DNA from: Tubiluchus corallicola
Taxonomy: Eukaryota > Animalia > Priapulida
Length of the DNA stretch: 64,000 nt
Reading direction: 5' to 3'
NCBI GenBank assembly: GCA_030141605.1
Contig: JAQGDQ010000174.1
Location: 372,001 to 436,000 of the forward strand
A model generated the notes under the pieces. It searched no databases, had not been told where the DNA came from, and saw only the letters and a list, made by a program, of their open reading frames with translations. The translations under genes and the position numbers were made by a program. Shown here piece by piece: positions 25,401 through 36,415 of this stretch (position 1 is the stretch's first letter; every line of letters begins with the position of its first letter).

Positions 25401-28400
25401 AAAATATTCATAACAGATTAGGCATAGTACTATCAAGCTTAACTGTGATGACTGCAAGTAATATTTAAATGATGATAATGTTTTTAAATGTCTAGAATTT
25501 TGTTTTCCTTTTGAAGGTGAACTTAACTAATTCGCATATATTACATAATAATTATGTTTTTCCTAGGTAATGTATTATCAAATGCCACTTTAATGGAGAT
25601 TTGGTGCTAATTCTGGGATTTTGTTCCAGTATAACTTTCATTACTTTTTAATTCTGAAAGTTAATGATTTTAATTGATGTCTCGTCATGAAGTAGGACGC
25701 TAAGGTGTTCGTATTGGGTTCAATGAGCTTGAGTCAGTCATGAAAGATTCAGGCTTAAGGTAGGACTCATGTATGTATCTAGCGTGATCCATGATGCCTA
25801 GTGCAATTAAATGCATATAAAACAGTTTTGATTTAAATACATGGAAGTGTTTCCATGTGTGCGTAATGCGCAATCCATAGTGCACGATACGTATTCATTC
25901 AAATGTGATTGCTATTGTCTGAATATGCATCACGCAACAATACTTATACGCATTTACGAAACTGCTGTTGTCTAAGTGATTTAATGAATTTTCAAGTTTT
26001 TGATGACTGTTTTCACTGATTAGCTCGTTGGTCAAGTGAGTTTTGGTCACTTCAGAAACTGTACACGATAATATTTCTTCCATTTAAGTTTCTAAGAGTT
26101 GGAAGAAGTGTACAATTATGTTGTTTTGCATCTAATTGCAGTTCCTTCACTAAGTGGTGATACATACTGTATTGTTCTATCCCCGGCAAAATGTTATGCA
26201 CCCTAAACCCGTGCTTTTCAGTTTTTCGATGTAATAGTATATTAGTAAGCTGAAGTAACCACTGTGATTATTTCTTGATCACTGTTGCATTGAAATTTCG
26301 CATAGACATGACTTCCAAAAATTATTACCAATTTTCGTGAATGGTAGAAAGAGTGCCGTGAGCTTTGTTAATATGCATAGTGCTCACAGACACATGGAAA
26401 TAGTCAATACGTATCACGCATTACGCGTTCATGCAGTCCTACCATAAATATCATGGGATTAAAACAGTAAAAAGTAGGATTTGTCACGTGAATACCCGCA
26501 TGCGAAACTTTTTGGTATGATACTGCAAATGCCTTTATTTATAATCTGAATTATACATTCCCGAGTGATGACACCCTTTTTTTAAGCTATGCTTTATTAA
26601 CCATATTATATACGATCTATTGGCCAGAAAGAAGTTGTGTTATAAACTTATACGTTTTTAAGCCTACTCAATTTAGTTCACATTTACTAATGACTTTGAA
26701 GTTTGAAGTGTAAAGGCACAGTAGCTTTTGCAGTTTGATAGTGATTTTAGTAGATTGAAGCACCAGCTCCCTGTTACATTCTGTATACATCAATATATGT
26801 AATGTGCATATATTTGTTACCAAAAAAGAACCATTGCAGCATTTTCCCGTTTAAGCATCAGATTTAGCAAAATTGTGCTAATAATACTAATGAGGTTTTC
26901 ACTAAATTTCCTCAATGATTTGATTCTAGATTTGATGCTTAAACAATTACTGCAATTTAATTTCAGGGCTATGATTAGCCTGTGCTGACAGCTTCTCAGC
27001 ATCCGTCCATATAGTTTATATTCAGAATGCCAGAACTTCAACAAAAACTGCTATTACTATAAAATTAGATCACGCCTGGTGTAGTTTATTTATTTTCAAG
27101 GTCTGAGCAATTTGTAACTGTTTTCACTTAGTTTTTGTCTTCAATGCAGGCAAGAGGTGTATATTGCTATAGCAATTTGTGCTTGGCTGATCTTTGCCAT
27201 TGGTTTTGTGTGCAACTTAAAGCCTGAATTAACAATTTTCAGCTCCTTTAAGTTTTAATTTGACTTTGGTCTCTTTGCTTTAAAGTCCCCTTTGCTATCT
27301 TCATTATAGCAACTAAACTAGTTATAGTACTATTTAAAGAAAGTAAAATGTTTCTCCTTTCCAATCACTGATGTTATGATTTGAAAGACTATATACTCTG
27401 GCTTTAAACGGCAAGGAAAGGGAAAAAGTGCGGCTTGTTTCTTAAAAATTGTTACAGTTAAGATTGTGAACATTTACCATTAAAAGCATGTCATTACATT
27501 TTTTGCAGGTTTTGCATTTGCAAATTTTTCTTAATATTTCTCTGTCCATAAATTTGTCTTGTTTAGTTTACTGACACAGGCATGATACAGTTTTCATAAG
27601 TCAAAACACTTGGTGATATTTTGCTTGCATAGCCTAGGGCTACTGATACCCTAGGGGATTTAACGAAAATAAATGTGATACAACAAAGAGCTTTCTCCAC
27701 ATAGGGCAAATATTTTGATGCAGCCTAAACTGCAACATATGTCTCCTGTTTGTTGTGAAATGCTATACATATCAGGCTGTGCTTAGCTAGATTTGTCAAG
27801 TCTCAGCAGACTTTTAAAAGGCTAGTTATTCTGAACAAAAAGTTTTACTTAAATTGTTGAAATGTTTCATTAAGTCTCTTAACTTGAAGTGTTAATTGTC
27901 TTTATTGACTGAGTTGACAGCATATCTATTATCTAGTGTTTACAGAACTCTACGTAAATAAACAAAAGTTGATGTGTACACATAAGCCATGTTGTATAGC
28001 AAATATGAGAATAAAGTAAGGACTAAGTAGAATATTCAGTCCACCAGGGGCATATTTACCAATAGGCTAATCTATAGCCTAGGGCGCCACATTTTAGGGG
28101 CATAGTGCTAAAAAATTCTTATTTTCCTTGGAAAAAGTATTTCATATTCATGTAAAGCACATATTTTATATCAGTAGTTACTGAGTCCTCTCTTTATAAG
28201 CATAGACATAGGCATAGACATGTAATCTGAATAGACATGTAAGCGGTTTATAATAAACAAGTACAAGGCATTGCATACAAAACAAACAAACAAAGTATTG
28301 GATAACAGGTACACCACGAGCAGCACAAAAACACCACAAACACAAAAAAAAAACAAAACCACCACAAATAGTACTACCAATACACTGTAAGTGCTTTTGC

Positions 28401-31400
28401 AATATGCTTTGCATATATAGAGGTAATCCATGACAGAGATGGGTGGAAGTGAACAGTCAGCGTAGGGCATCATATGATTGATATGTCCCTGCAATTCCTC
28501 GATTTCCCCCTGCAGTCCACTATTTGTAAGTCTTTAGTCGTCATCTAGAAGAAAATTGCGAAAGTCAAGTGTTCTGTTAGGAATGTTAGAGTTAAAACTA
28601 AGTAAATTAAAACGTTGACCAGGTTTCTGATGAGTGTGCCGTAGCATTTAGATACACATACATGCCACTAAGTACTACAAGTGTATTGTACTTATATTTT
28701 TAGGACAAAATAATTTTGTGGTATGTGTTCAGCTAGTTGGAAGATTGATAATACAAATTAAATAAAGGTGTGATTTGCCAAATCAATCGTTTGTATTGAT
28801 CGAGTGCCGTCATTTGGCACTGCAAGTCGACCAGTTCACCCTGTAAAGCTTAAAATATGTCAACTTGACCTACATACTTTAACAAAAGCTAACTAAAACT
28901 GACCATAGTGATGTTTAGGTGACATTGATGTAGTCGTCCTTCCGTAAACGTCCTTAATGTGTAAGTGGTACTAATGACTAGCTTGGCCCCTGAAGGCAAA
29001 TGAACAGAGGTAATAAGCAGCATGGTAGATGCTTTTTCCATTAAGAGGCATTAGGAATTTCGGATGACGTCACTGAACAACGTCCAGCATTGTAATTACC
29101 ATATTCTTTCTGGCTTCTCACGTTAGGTGAATGACCAAGTGATTTAAATTTTATTTGCATGCAATCAACTTGTTGATATTTTGGCACAGTAGCCAAGGAG
29201 AAGAACCACTGGTATAATGTTTCCTGACAGCAAAATAGCATTTGTTATTTTATTTAATAATAAAGGCTGGCTAACTTGAAGGAAATTGGCCAAAACTCAT
29301 TGCTTGCATGTCTTATCAGTTGAAGTCAGTATCATTTTTAACCTGGCCAAGCCTCCTAACTGACAACGTCCAGAGATTGGAGAACAGAACGACGTTTAGT
29401 ACAACGGATCTGTAAACTTTATACAAACGTAGAATAGATAGCGTCAGTCTGACACTGAGAGTAAATGGGGCAGCAAAATTAATGGAGCGTTTACCACGGA
29501 GTACGTGTGTTAATGTTATAATACGTATTAACCTGTAGAGTGTCTCTCACCGTTACTGCTGAACTGTTTATGCTGTTGATTGAATCCACTCCCCAATGTA
29601 GCACAAGTAGCTCGTGTAATATTAAACTGCTTTAATCCTGTTTACGTCGTAGAATTTTGTAATTTTTTGTCGACGCAGTCATGGCGTTTAGCCGAGTAAC
29701 CAAGCGTTTTTGCGGTGATATAGCACGATGTGATTATGAATCATAGCTGTCGTGGGTTCAGAATGGAATGTTGCGTGATTGTTAAGTAGTTTTAACGTGC
29801 TTATCAAAAGCCGAATTTTCCTGTATTATAAAAAGCACGTAACTTTTCACCAATTAGTAAATCATTAGTCATTAGCGTTTGGTTGTTTTCCAGACGTGAA
29901 TGTGTAAACGCTTTCAGCGGACAAGTGCAAATTCCTGTTGTCTCAGTTTTGTAGCTTTACAATAACAATAATATACTGAGTACTGTTTTTTCAATTTGAC
30001 TTTAGCAGACTTAAAGGTTGTGTTCGTACAACAAATTCTGAGGGCAACACACTTACTGAGATTTGGGAGGGCGTGTGTTTTTACAGAGTTTAATGTATTG
30101 TAATGCATGTATTGCATTTCATGGACTGGAATACGCCCTCTGGAATAAAAACAACTTACCTGTTTTTCGTACTGTAGGTTTTCCATTCAAGGCTAGAGTA
30201 GTTACGTGCATATAACATTATGCAGCTAAAAGTTGAAGTAACATAGTTGCCGAGAAACTCGCCTTTGTAATTTGTATTATAATGTCGAAACAGAGACGTT
30301 TTTCGTTATTAAATCTTTTATCTGTAAGGATAGCCTACCGTTGAGAATTTGGGAAATTAAATTGGGCACACCTACTCATGATATTTTTTATTTCTGAATA
30401 GCTTATTGCACAAGTTCTTCTAAACTAAGAATTTGCGATAAATTTAACTGAAAAATGTCTATCGGGCACCAGCTTGGTATCTTTCCTCCTTTTGCATAGG
30501 CATCAGAAACTTCCGTAACAGTATTTAAATATTTCACCGAAACTAGTTTGCCTTCATGACGCCATCTACCAATTTTTTTTGTAAACTAACTGAAACTAGT
30601 ATACTTTCATAATGTTAATTTTTGTCTAATGTTGGCAACTAGCAACTATTGGCTTCATAAGCACACGGCGGGGCTTCTCGTTGCTATGGCAGCGCTGTTA
30701 CTGAGTTAATAAACTTGCGGCGTTTAGTGTTTTTGCCAGACTTTTAGCAGCATAATAACAGTGCAAAAGAGCTGCTGATATAGTACGTGGTTGCCTGTTT
30801 TAGTGGTCACTGAAGACTTTGCTCCACGTACTTCTGACATTTAAACAGATGTTTTGGTAATTTGCCTGCGCAAAGCAACAAATAACGCCCAGACTGCGCC
30901 GCTACTACAGTTTCACTTATTTATTTAGGTTCTCTTCAAGTACCTGACTAGGTTGCGGAACAAATGACAGTAATAGAACGAGTAACTTTACTCTACAGAC
31001 AAAGAACAGTCTGTTTTTACCTTTATGGCTAACTTAGTTTAACTGGTAGCTGTTACGTTTTCGACAGCATGTGTTTTAAGCGCGTGATGGCAACGATATC
31101 ATAATTTATATGGTGAAGTCATTAGTCTCGTTCCTGTGTAAATCTAGTTTTCTTGAGGGTTCTATAACTCTTTCGCGGACATTGATTTTAGATTCTCTCG
31201 CTATGTCAGGAGGTATTGATCTAAATGTATCTCTTGGCTTTCTCAGGGGTGTTTTCCAGCGGCGCTTCTACAGTGACTGCAGAACTTTGCTGTTTATGTG
31301 ACTGTGATATATGCAGCCTATTGCCGCTGCATAAGCTGTGCTAAGTTTGGCTAAATAAATCTCGAATGTGACTTTTTACAAGACAAAACTGTGATGGAGT

Positions 31401-34400
31401 CAGAGGATTCCATGAACATTTCTCAAATTTCGCAAAATTCAAACATTCCACAGCTAGATGATACTGAAGGTCAAGAGACTCAAGATGATGAAGACCAGTA
31501 TCTTAACGTTGTTAGCGAATACAGAACTGGAGATGGATATTTCTTCAAAGTGATCCTAGTTGGTGACTCTGGTGTAGGAAAAACTAATGTGCTACGACGT
31601 TATACACATAATGAATTCTTTCAATATATGCCTACAATTGGAGTAGAATTTGGACTGGCCAAGATGGTAGTTGATGGTAAACGAGTCGTGGCCAACTGTT
31701 GGGACCTGCCTGGACAGGAGCGATTTCGCGCGGTGAATATGACATTTTATCACGGAGCGTCCGGCGTCCTGTTGGTCTATGATATAACTAATCGTGTTAC
31801 TTTTGAGAATCTAAAAACTTGGATGAAAGAAGTATGTGATGGTGCTCATAGTGATGCTGTTATTATGTTAGTTGGAAATAAATCTGATATTGTTAGCAAG
31901 CGAGTCGTGCCGGAGGATGAAGGACGTCAGTTAGCAGAAGAAAATGACATGTTATTTATGGAGACTTCAGCACTGGAATCCATAAACATTGATATGGTGT
32001 TTCAGACGCTGCTAACGAAAATGTATTATGTGGCGCTAGACAGACAGGAAGAGACAGTTACAAATACGGGATTGTTGCTAAATTTAGTGGAAACTGTAAG
32101 AACTGTTGGAAGAAACATGGGTCATAAAATACATGGTGCAGTAGGAAATATAAAATCTTCTAATTAAAATTATATCTTATGACAGACAGTATTTACAATG
32201 ATCTAATTGTTTTTGCTACTTGAGAATAAGATTCAGTATCATTATGTAATTGTGAATTATCATATTCAACAAGCAACCACCAATTCGATAGATATATTAT
32301 AATTATGAGAATTATAATCCTAGCTGTTATTAAATGAATGTTGGTCTAGTATCAATGCGTAATTCGACAAAAGTTAGAAAAAACAATTGTAAGTTTACTC
32401 CATTGAAAATTTACAGACTTTAAATTAATTTATACAAATTCTTCATACTAGTTTCACATAAACTGCAAGGTGCATTACTTAGCTAGCAAACGTAGCTTGC
32501 ATTTTGCAAGATATTGATTACTTTATATAGCTGTAGCCTGCTATCTGTACTCATATGTCACAAGCACTAAGCTGGCTTTCTGCTGCTGGGGAAGTACATA
32601 TATTGACATAACTGTATACCTCCTTATATATGTGTACTAGGAGAACAGTGACAGTGGATTCTTCTACTCGTGTAGTAGCCATTGCATTACAAAAATACCC
32701 TATAGGGTTTAAAAGCACAATTTTGACTTACTTTATAAGTAATTGTATGCAATTTGTAAATTTTCATGATAGATTTTTTTGCTGCTTTAGCAGTATATAT
32801 TTGGTATTATATGATTAAAATAAAATTTATTGATTTAATAATAAGAAGTTTAATAATTTGTCGTCATAAAAAGTTAGAATGATCTCAGCAGATTTTTTTG
32901 ACATATGTCTGAGCTTTGTATCCAGATAATAATAGTTATAATTTCAAGGCTGTTTCATTTTACTTGATTTATTTGCTTATTTCTCTATGACATGTTTTTC
33001 ATTTAAGTTTCTTATTGCACTAGTCCTCAATGAGTCTAAGTAGGCAGACATGCTTGGGTGCAATTTCTCTTTCAAGTTGAAACATAAATTCCTTCAGTGT
33101 TGCTCAGCACTTATAAATTCCATAATTGCATGACTGCTTGCATGGCTTTTGTTCAGTTCCCATTGTATTTAAAACACATTTCCTGATCCCATTTCAAGTG
33201 CAAATGTTGTAATAAAGGTAATAAAGCAAGTAGGCCTACCTTAGTACATACTGCCATTGTGCACAGAAATATAAACTTTGACCTCTTAGCTTGAATAAAC
33301 CTAAAATAATAAGTGCGTAAGATTTCCTTATTTTCTCCTATAAACGTATAGGCAGTCACTGTACTACAGCACTGTGGGTAAAGTCAAACTGATCGTATTT
33401 TTTTTTGTTATTAAAAAAATAATGCATTGGTTTTGTCCTGAATGCATTAACATTGACGATATTTTCATTTAGATATCAATTTCCTGCTAATGTGCTTTGG
33501 TAAGATTTAATGCATGATTGATTTAGTAAGAGACGTACCTTAAATCACTGCAGGGAGTTCTTATCGTCTATGCAAAGTTGCATTGCTCAATTTGCAGCAG
33601 TTGACTAAATAATACTTTTCTATGTTATTAATTTCTAGATAATTTATTATACTCTGCCATCACATTGTGTTGTTGGATAATCCTGCAATATGAGATATGC
33701 TAAGCTAGAGGCTGTTAACAGCAGTGTACCTCCCACGTACTATCCATTTATTACCTTTATCACTAGCAATTTTGTTGTAAAAATTCAGTTTGACCTGCAC
33801 CTGTTTGTCTTTCTATGTGAAGCTACTTACCTTCAGTAGCCCCGTGCCTTGTTGGGGGCAATCTGTTAAAAACGTGCTGAAAATACAGTTATGAAGCGTC
33901 ATCCATATTCATAACATAACAGTAGTTCTTGTTATTTCAAAGACCAAAATATTCCCTAACTTCAGAGGGTAGAACCAAATTCAATTTTCAGTTTATAATC
34001 GGCACATTAATTTTGTGGTATCAAAAGCGCAGTATTTTGATGAACATCTCCGTAATGTAAGTATGACCATATTTTATTGGTTGTCTTATTCACAGTAACG
34101 TTAGTTATCTTGGTCCAGACATAGTGGTTTAGACTACTTAATGTACTTTATATTGTGCAATATTGTACTATAACCAATCTTTTTAATTAATTACTTTCGC
34201 ATGTATAATGTACGGCTGATATAAGAAAAATGAGCTTCTGGGTAGGGCGTTTTAACTTTGCCAAAATATCACATGGCACTTAAGATAACAACTATATTTA
34301 TTTATGTTGACCGGTTGTTTTCTTTAAAATAATACCTTCTTGGGAACTCTAAAAGTGTGTATTAATGTGAAGCGTTCTTCAAATTCACACAAATGTTCTC

Positions 34401-35107
34401 TGAATTTATGGTTTTGCTTAACTCTGATGTAAATTGACCGAGTAAGCCCTTTCACAGTTCCAGCGATTGATGATGATCTTGAAAAGATCAAAGGTTAAGT
34501 GTACCAGACAATTCATTTGTGTTCACTTGACAACACCTCGCAGCACACTCGATTGTAATAGTAGCAGTTTTAACAGCTAGCTAGAACCTTACCTACTTTT
34601 TCTTGTTCCTTAACAAGATCCTGCTAGTAAGTCACTCTATACACAGACTAATGCATAATTAAGTAAAATCCACGTAAAACAACTGACATGACTGAATTAA
34701 CGCAGCGGATGGCTTTCCTTTACCCGCACATCCATGGCGGTTACGGTTAAGATACGTTGCTGTGGTACACTTAACCTTTGACTTCTAGCAACTGCGCGTG
34801 CACACAGTGAAACTCTGAAGAGGCTTATTCCCTGTTAAGCTGAAGCAAAGAAATGGTTAAAAGTGTGCCGACTGATACGCTAATGTGAGTTTGACAATTT
34901 CAGAGTCAGTTTTGGCAGGAGAGCTATGGAAAAGTGAAGCAAGCAATTTCTCCCTCTAGCAGCCCTACCCGTGATACCGAGTACCTGTTTGATGAGGACG
35001 AGCAGCCGCCGAGCAAAATGCCAAGATACGAGGACAGTGATGACAGTGATGATGATGATGATGATCAACCTTCGCCCTCGAACAATCACAGGCGTACAAC
35101 ACTTTGA
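16419..35107 (+). CDS. PCYT1: choline-phosphate cytidylyltransferase (CCT, PCYT1A/B family)
   Basis: Phase-consistent GT-AG exons 16419-16487, 17211-17319, 18108-18224, 19611-19762, 19976-20197, 23215-23403, 34904-35107. Protein has [25 protein letters not shown] (HxGH), [26 protein letters not shown], the amphipathic M domain ([14 protein letters not shown]) and a Ser-Pro tail [12 protein letters not shown] probable non-coding exon lies at 16265-16317. Confidence 0.93.
18251..18641. mobile_element. MITE, copy 1 of a family also at 34441-34829
   Basis: TIRs AATAAGCCTTTTTCACAGTT and AACTGTGAAAAGGCTTATT; ATG/ATG flanks; alignable over its whole length with copy 2. Confidence 0.8.
20707..21083. 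mobile_element. degraded hAT-like MITE
   Basis: Ends CAGAGCCAGATTA and TAATCGAGCCCTG with GC-rich subterminal regions; no TSD recognisable. Confidence 0.5.
22190..22520 (+). mobile_element. degraded Tc1/mariner-type transposase remnant
   Basis: Broken translations WYQ..., [17 protein letters not shown] and [34 protein letters not shown] resemble the WFQQDGA..V..FL...FP..WI and C-terminal helices of DDE transposases; stops and frameshifts present. Confidence 0.45.
23848..23967 (-). mobile_element. tRNA-derived SINE (5' part)
   Basis: Minus strand has an A box (TAGTCTAGTGG) and B box (GAGTTCGATAC) followed by a non-tRNA body GACTTTAAAAATGGTACCTGCTG...; no acceptor-stem closure. Confidence 0.7.
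25759..26443. mobile_element. MITE, possibly Kolobok-like
   Basis: Ends GGTAGGACTCATG and CATGCAGTCCTACC; flanks TTAA/ATAA; inverted internal motifs (TGCGTAATGCG vs CGCATTACGCG, GATACGTATT vs AATACGTATC, TTTCCATGTGT vs ACACATGGAAA). Confidence 0.6.
31394..32167 (+). CDS. single-exon Rab11-like small GTPase without a C-terminal prenylation motif, nested in the last PCYT1 intron
   Basis: Intact 257-aa ORF from ATG 31394: G1 GDSGVGKT, G2 PTIGVEF, G3 [10 protein letters not shown]4 [11 protein letters not shown]5 [21 protein letters not shown] and FQTLLT.MY are Rab11-type. Acidic N-terminal extension; ends GNIKSSN with no Cys. AATAAA at 32819. Confidence 0.9.
   Translation: MESEDSMNISQISQNSNIPQLDDTEGQETQDDEDQYLNVVSEYRTGDGYFFKVILVGDSGVGKTNVLRRYTHNEFFQYMPTIGVEFGLAKMVVDGKRVVANCWDLPGQERFRAVNMTFYHGASGVLLVYDITNRVTFENLKTWMKEVCDGAHSDAVIMLVGNKSDIVSKRVVPEDEGRQLAEENDMLFMETSALESINIDMVFQTLLTKMYYVALDRQEETVTNTGLLLNLVETVRTVGRNMGHKIHGAVGNIKSSN
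34441..34829. mobile_element. MITE, copy 2 of the family at 18251-18641
   Basis: Ends AGTAAGCCCTTTCACAGTT and AACTCTGAAGAGGCTTATT; collinear with copy 1 and in the same orientation; flanks CCG/CCC. Confidence 0.8.
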
Positions 35108-36257
35108 TGGTTTTGTTACTGCATGATTTTAGTCTAATTTAATGATGTTTTACTGGTTTTAATTAATAATTTCAACTTGTTTATTACTGATGACGCGTAA
35201 TTTTGGTATTTTATAGAAGACGAATGTGCAAAATTGCACAATAAGTATTGAAGTCATTTTTTATAGAAATTAAATCTTTAAATTGCTATTTTTCTCTTTT
35301 CTTGAAAATTTTTTTATAACTAGTTTGTTATTTGAAACTTTTTATTCTTAACAAAAAATATGGGTCTGTATAAAATTTAGACCATCAACTAAGCAGAGTT
35401 TTTCCCAATGTTAATTTCATACAAATTGTAAAACTTTATCCTCAACCAGGACTTTGAATGGCATATTTTTAATTTTCCTGTAAACATTTCCATGTAGTTC
35501 AATTTAACAAATTTATAGACTGTCAATTCTTCAAGCACAGATTATATTTTCTTGAAATTTTGTATGATTTAATGTTATTTTTTGCACATTGATGTTTGCT
35601 CAGGTAATATTGTACAAAAGTATGTAGTTTAAAAGATTATAATTGTATAAATCACAGGCAGTGCCTTGTGGGAGCATAAAATTAGAGCTTATACCTTTGC
35701 CGTAATTTATAAAATTTACCGATTTAATGAATTGCGAAATTTTCTTTTTCTACATTGTTGTTACTTAGTTATCAAAAAAGCCATTCACTGGGGTTTTATC
35801 AGTATATTTGGTAGTCTATGGCAAATCTTTAAAATTTAACATATTTATTGCTAGAAACACTAAGGCACTGCTGATATAGCGAGCCAGTTTGACTGGTTTC
35901 ATTTGACTTTTTTTGACATTGTAAATGCATAAGCTCAGTCCAGATTAACTAGTGTGAACAAGGCTTTAAATGTACTCGCATTCATTAATTATTTACAATA
36001 TTATTGCAGTTTAGTGTAAAAATAATTGTTAATTTAACTACATTTTAATACGTGTTGTGTTGAAAGATGCCAAACAATTACGAAGTCGCAAATTTTATTA
36101 ATGCTGTTATAATTATAAGCGGTAATGATCTCAAATACTTGAACACTATGCTAACATTCTGTTTCTGTGCATTCCACTTACAAATAATGCTGTGACAAAG
36201 CATCATATTTTTTTCAAAATGAACTTGGATCTTCTCTTAAGGTTTCATGAGATAGCC

Positions 36258-36415
36258 ATCAATAAGCTGAAGGAATTTTTCTGAAAGATTTAGGGTCACC
36301 AGATACTGAAAAATAAATAAAAATTCAAGGACAAATCATGGGATATGTTTGAATAAGCCAGGAGAATTTTTCTGAAAAGTTTAGGGTTGCCAGATGCTGA
36401 AATTTAAATTCAAGT
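36258..36415. repeat. degenerate tandem duplication (about 90-bp unit, two copies)
   Basis: AATAAGC..GAATTTTTCTGAAAGATTTAGGGTCACCAGATACTGAAA..AAATTCAAG is repeated as AATAAGC..GAATTTTTCTGAAAAGTTTAGGGTTGCCAGATGCTGAAA..AAATTCAAG. Confidence 0.6.

Noticed and set aside
29065-29072. Perfect CRE palindrome TGACGTCA
   Set aside because: A single 8-mer in 64 kb can arise by chance and has no independent support.
29680-29770. tRNA-like A/B box pair (TAGCCGAGTAA ... GGGTTCAGA)
   Set aside because: Both boxes are degenerate and no cloverleaf could be folded.
23403-31453. In-frame PCYT1-Rab fusion by splicing
   Set aside because: PCYT1 exon 23215-23403 ends in phase 0. The best acceptor before the Rab (AG at 31381-82) needs phase 1 and gives ACA AAA CTG TGA in phase 0. 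A phase-0 CAG at 31451-53 has only a weak pyrimidine tract. Unsupported, though only RNA data can exclude it.
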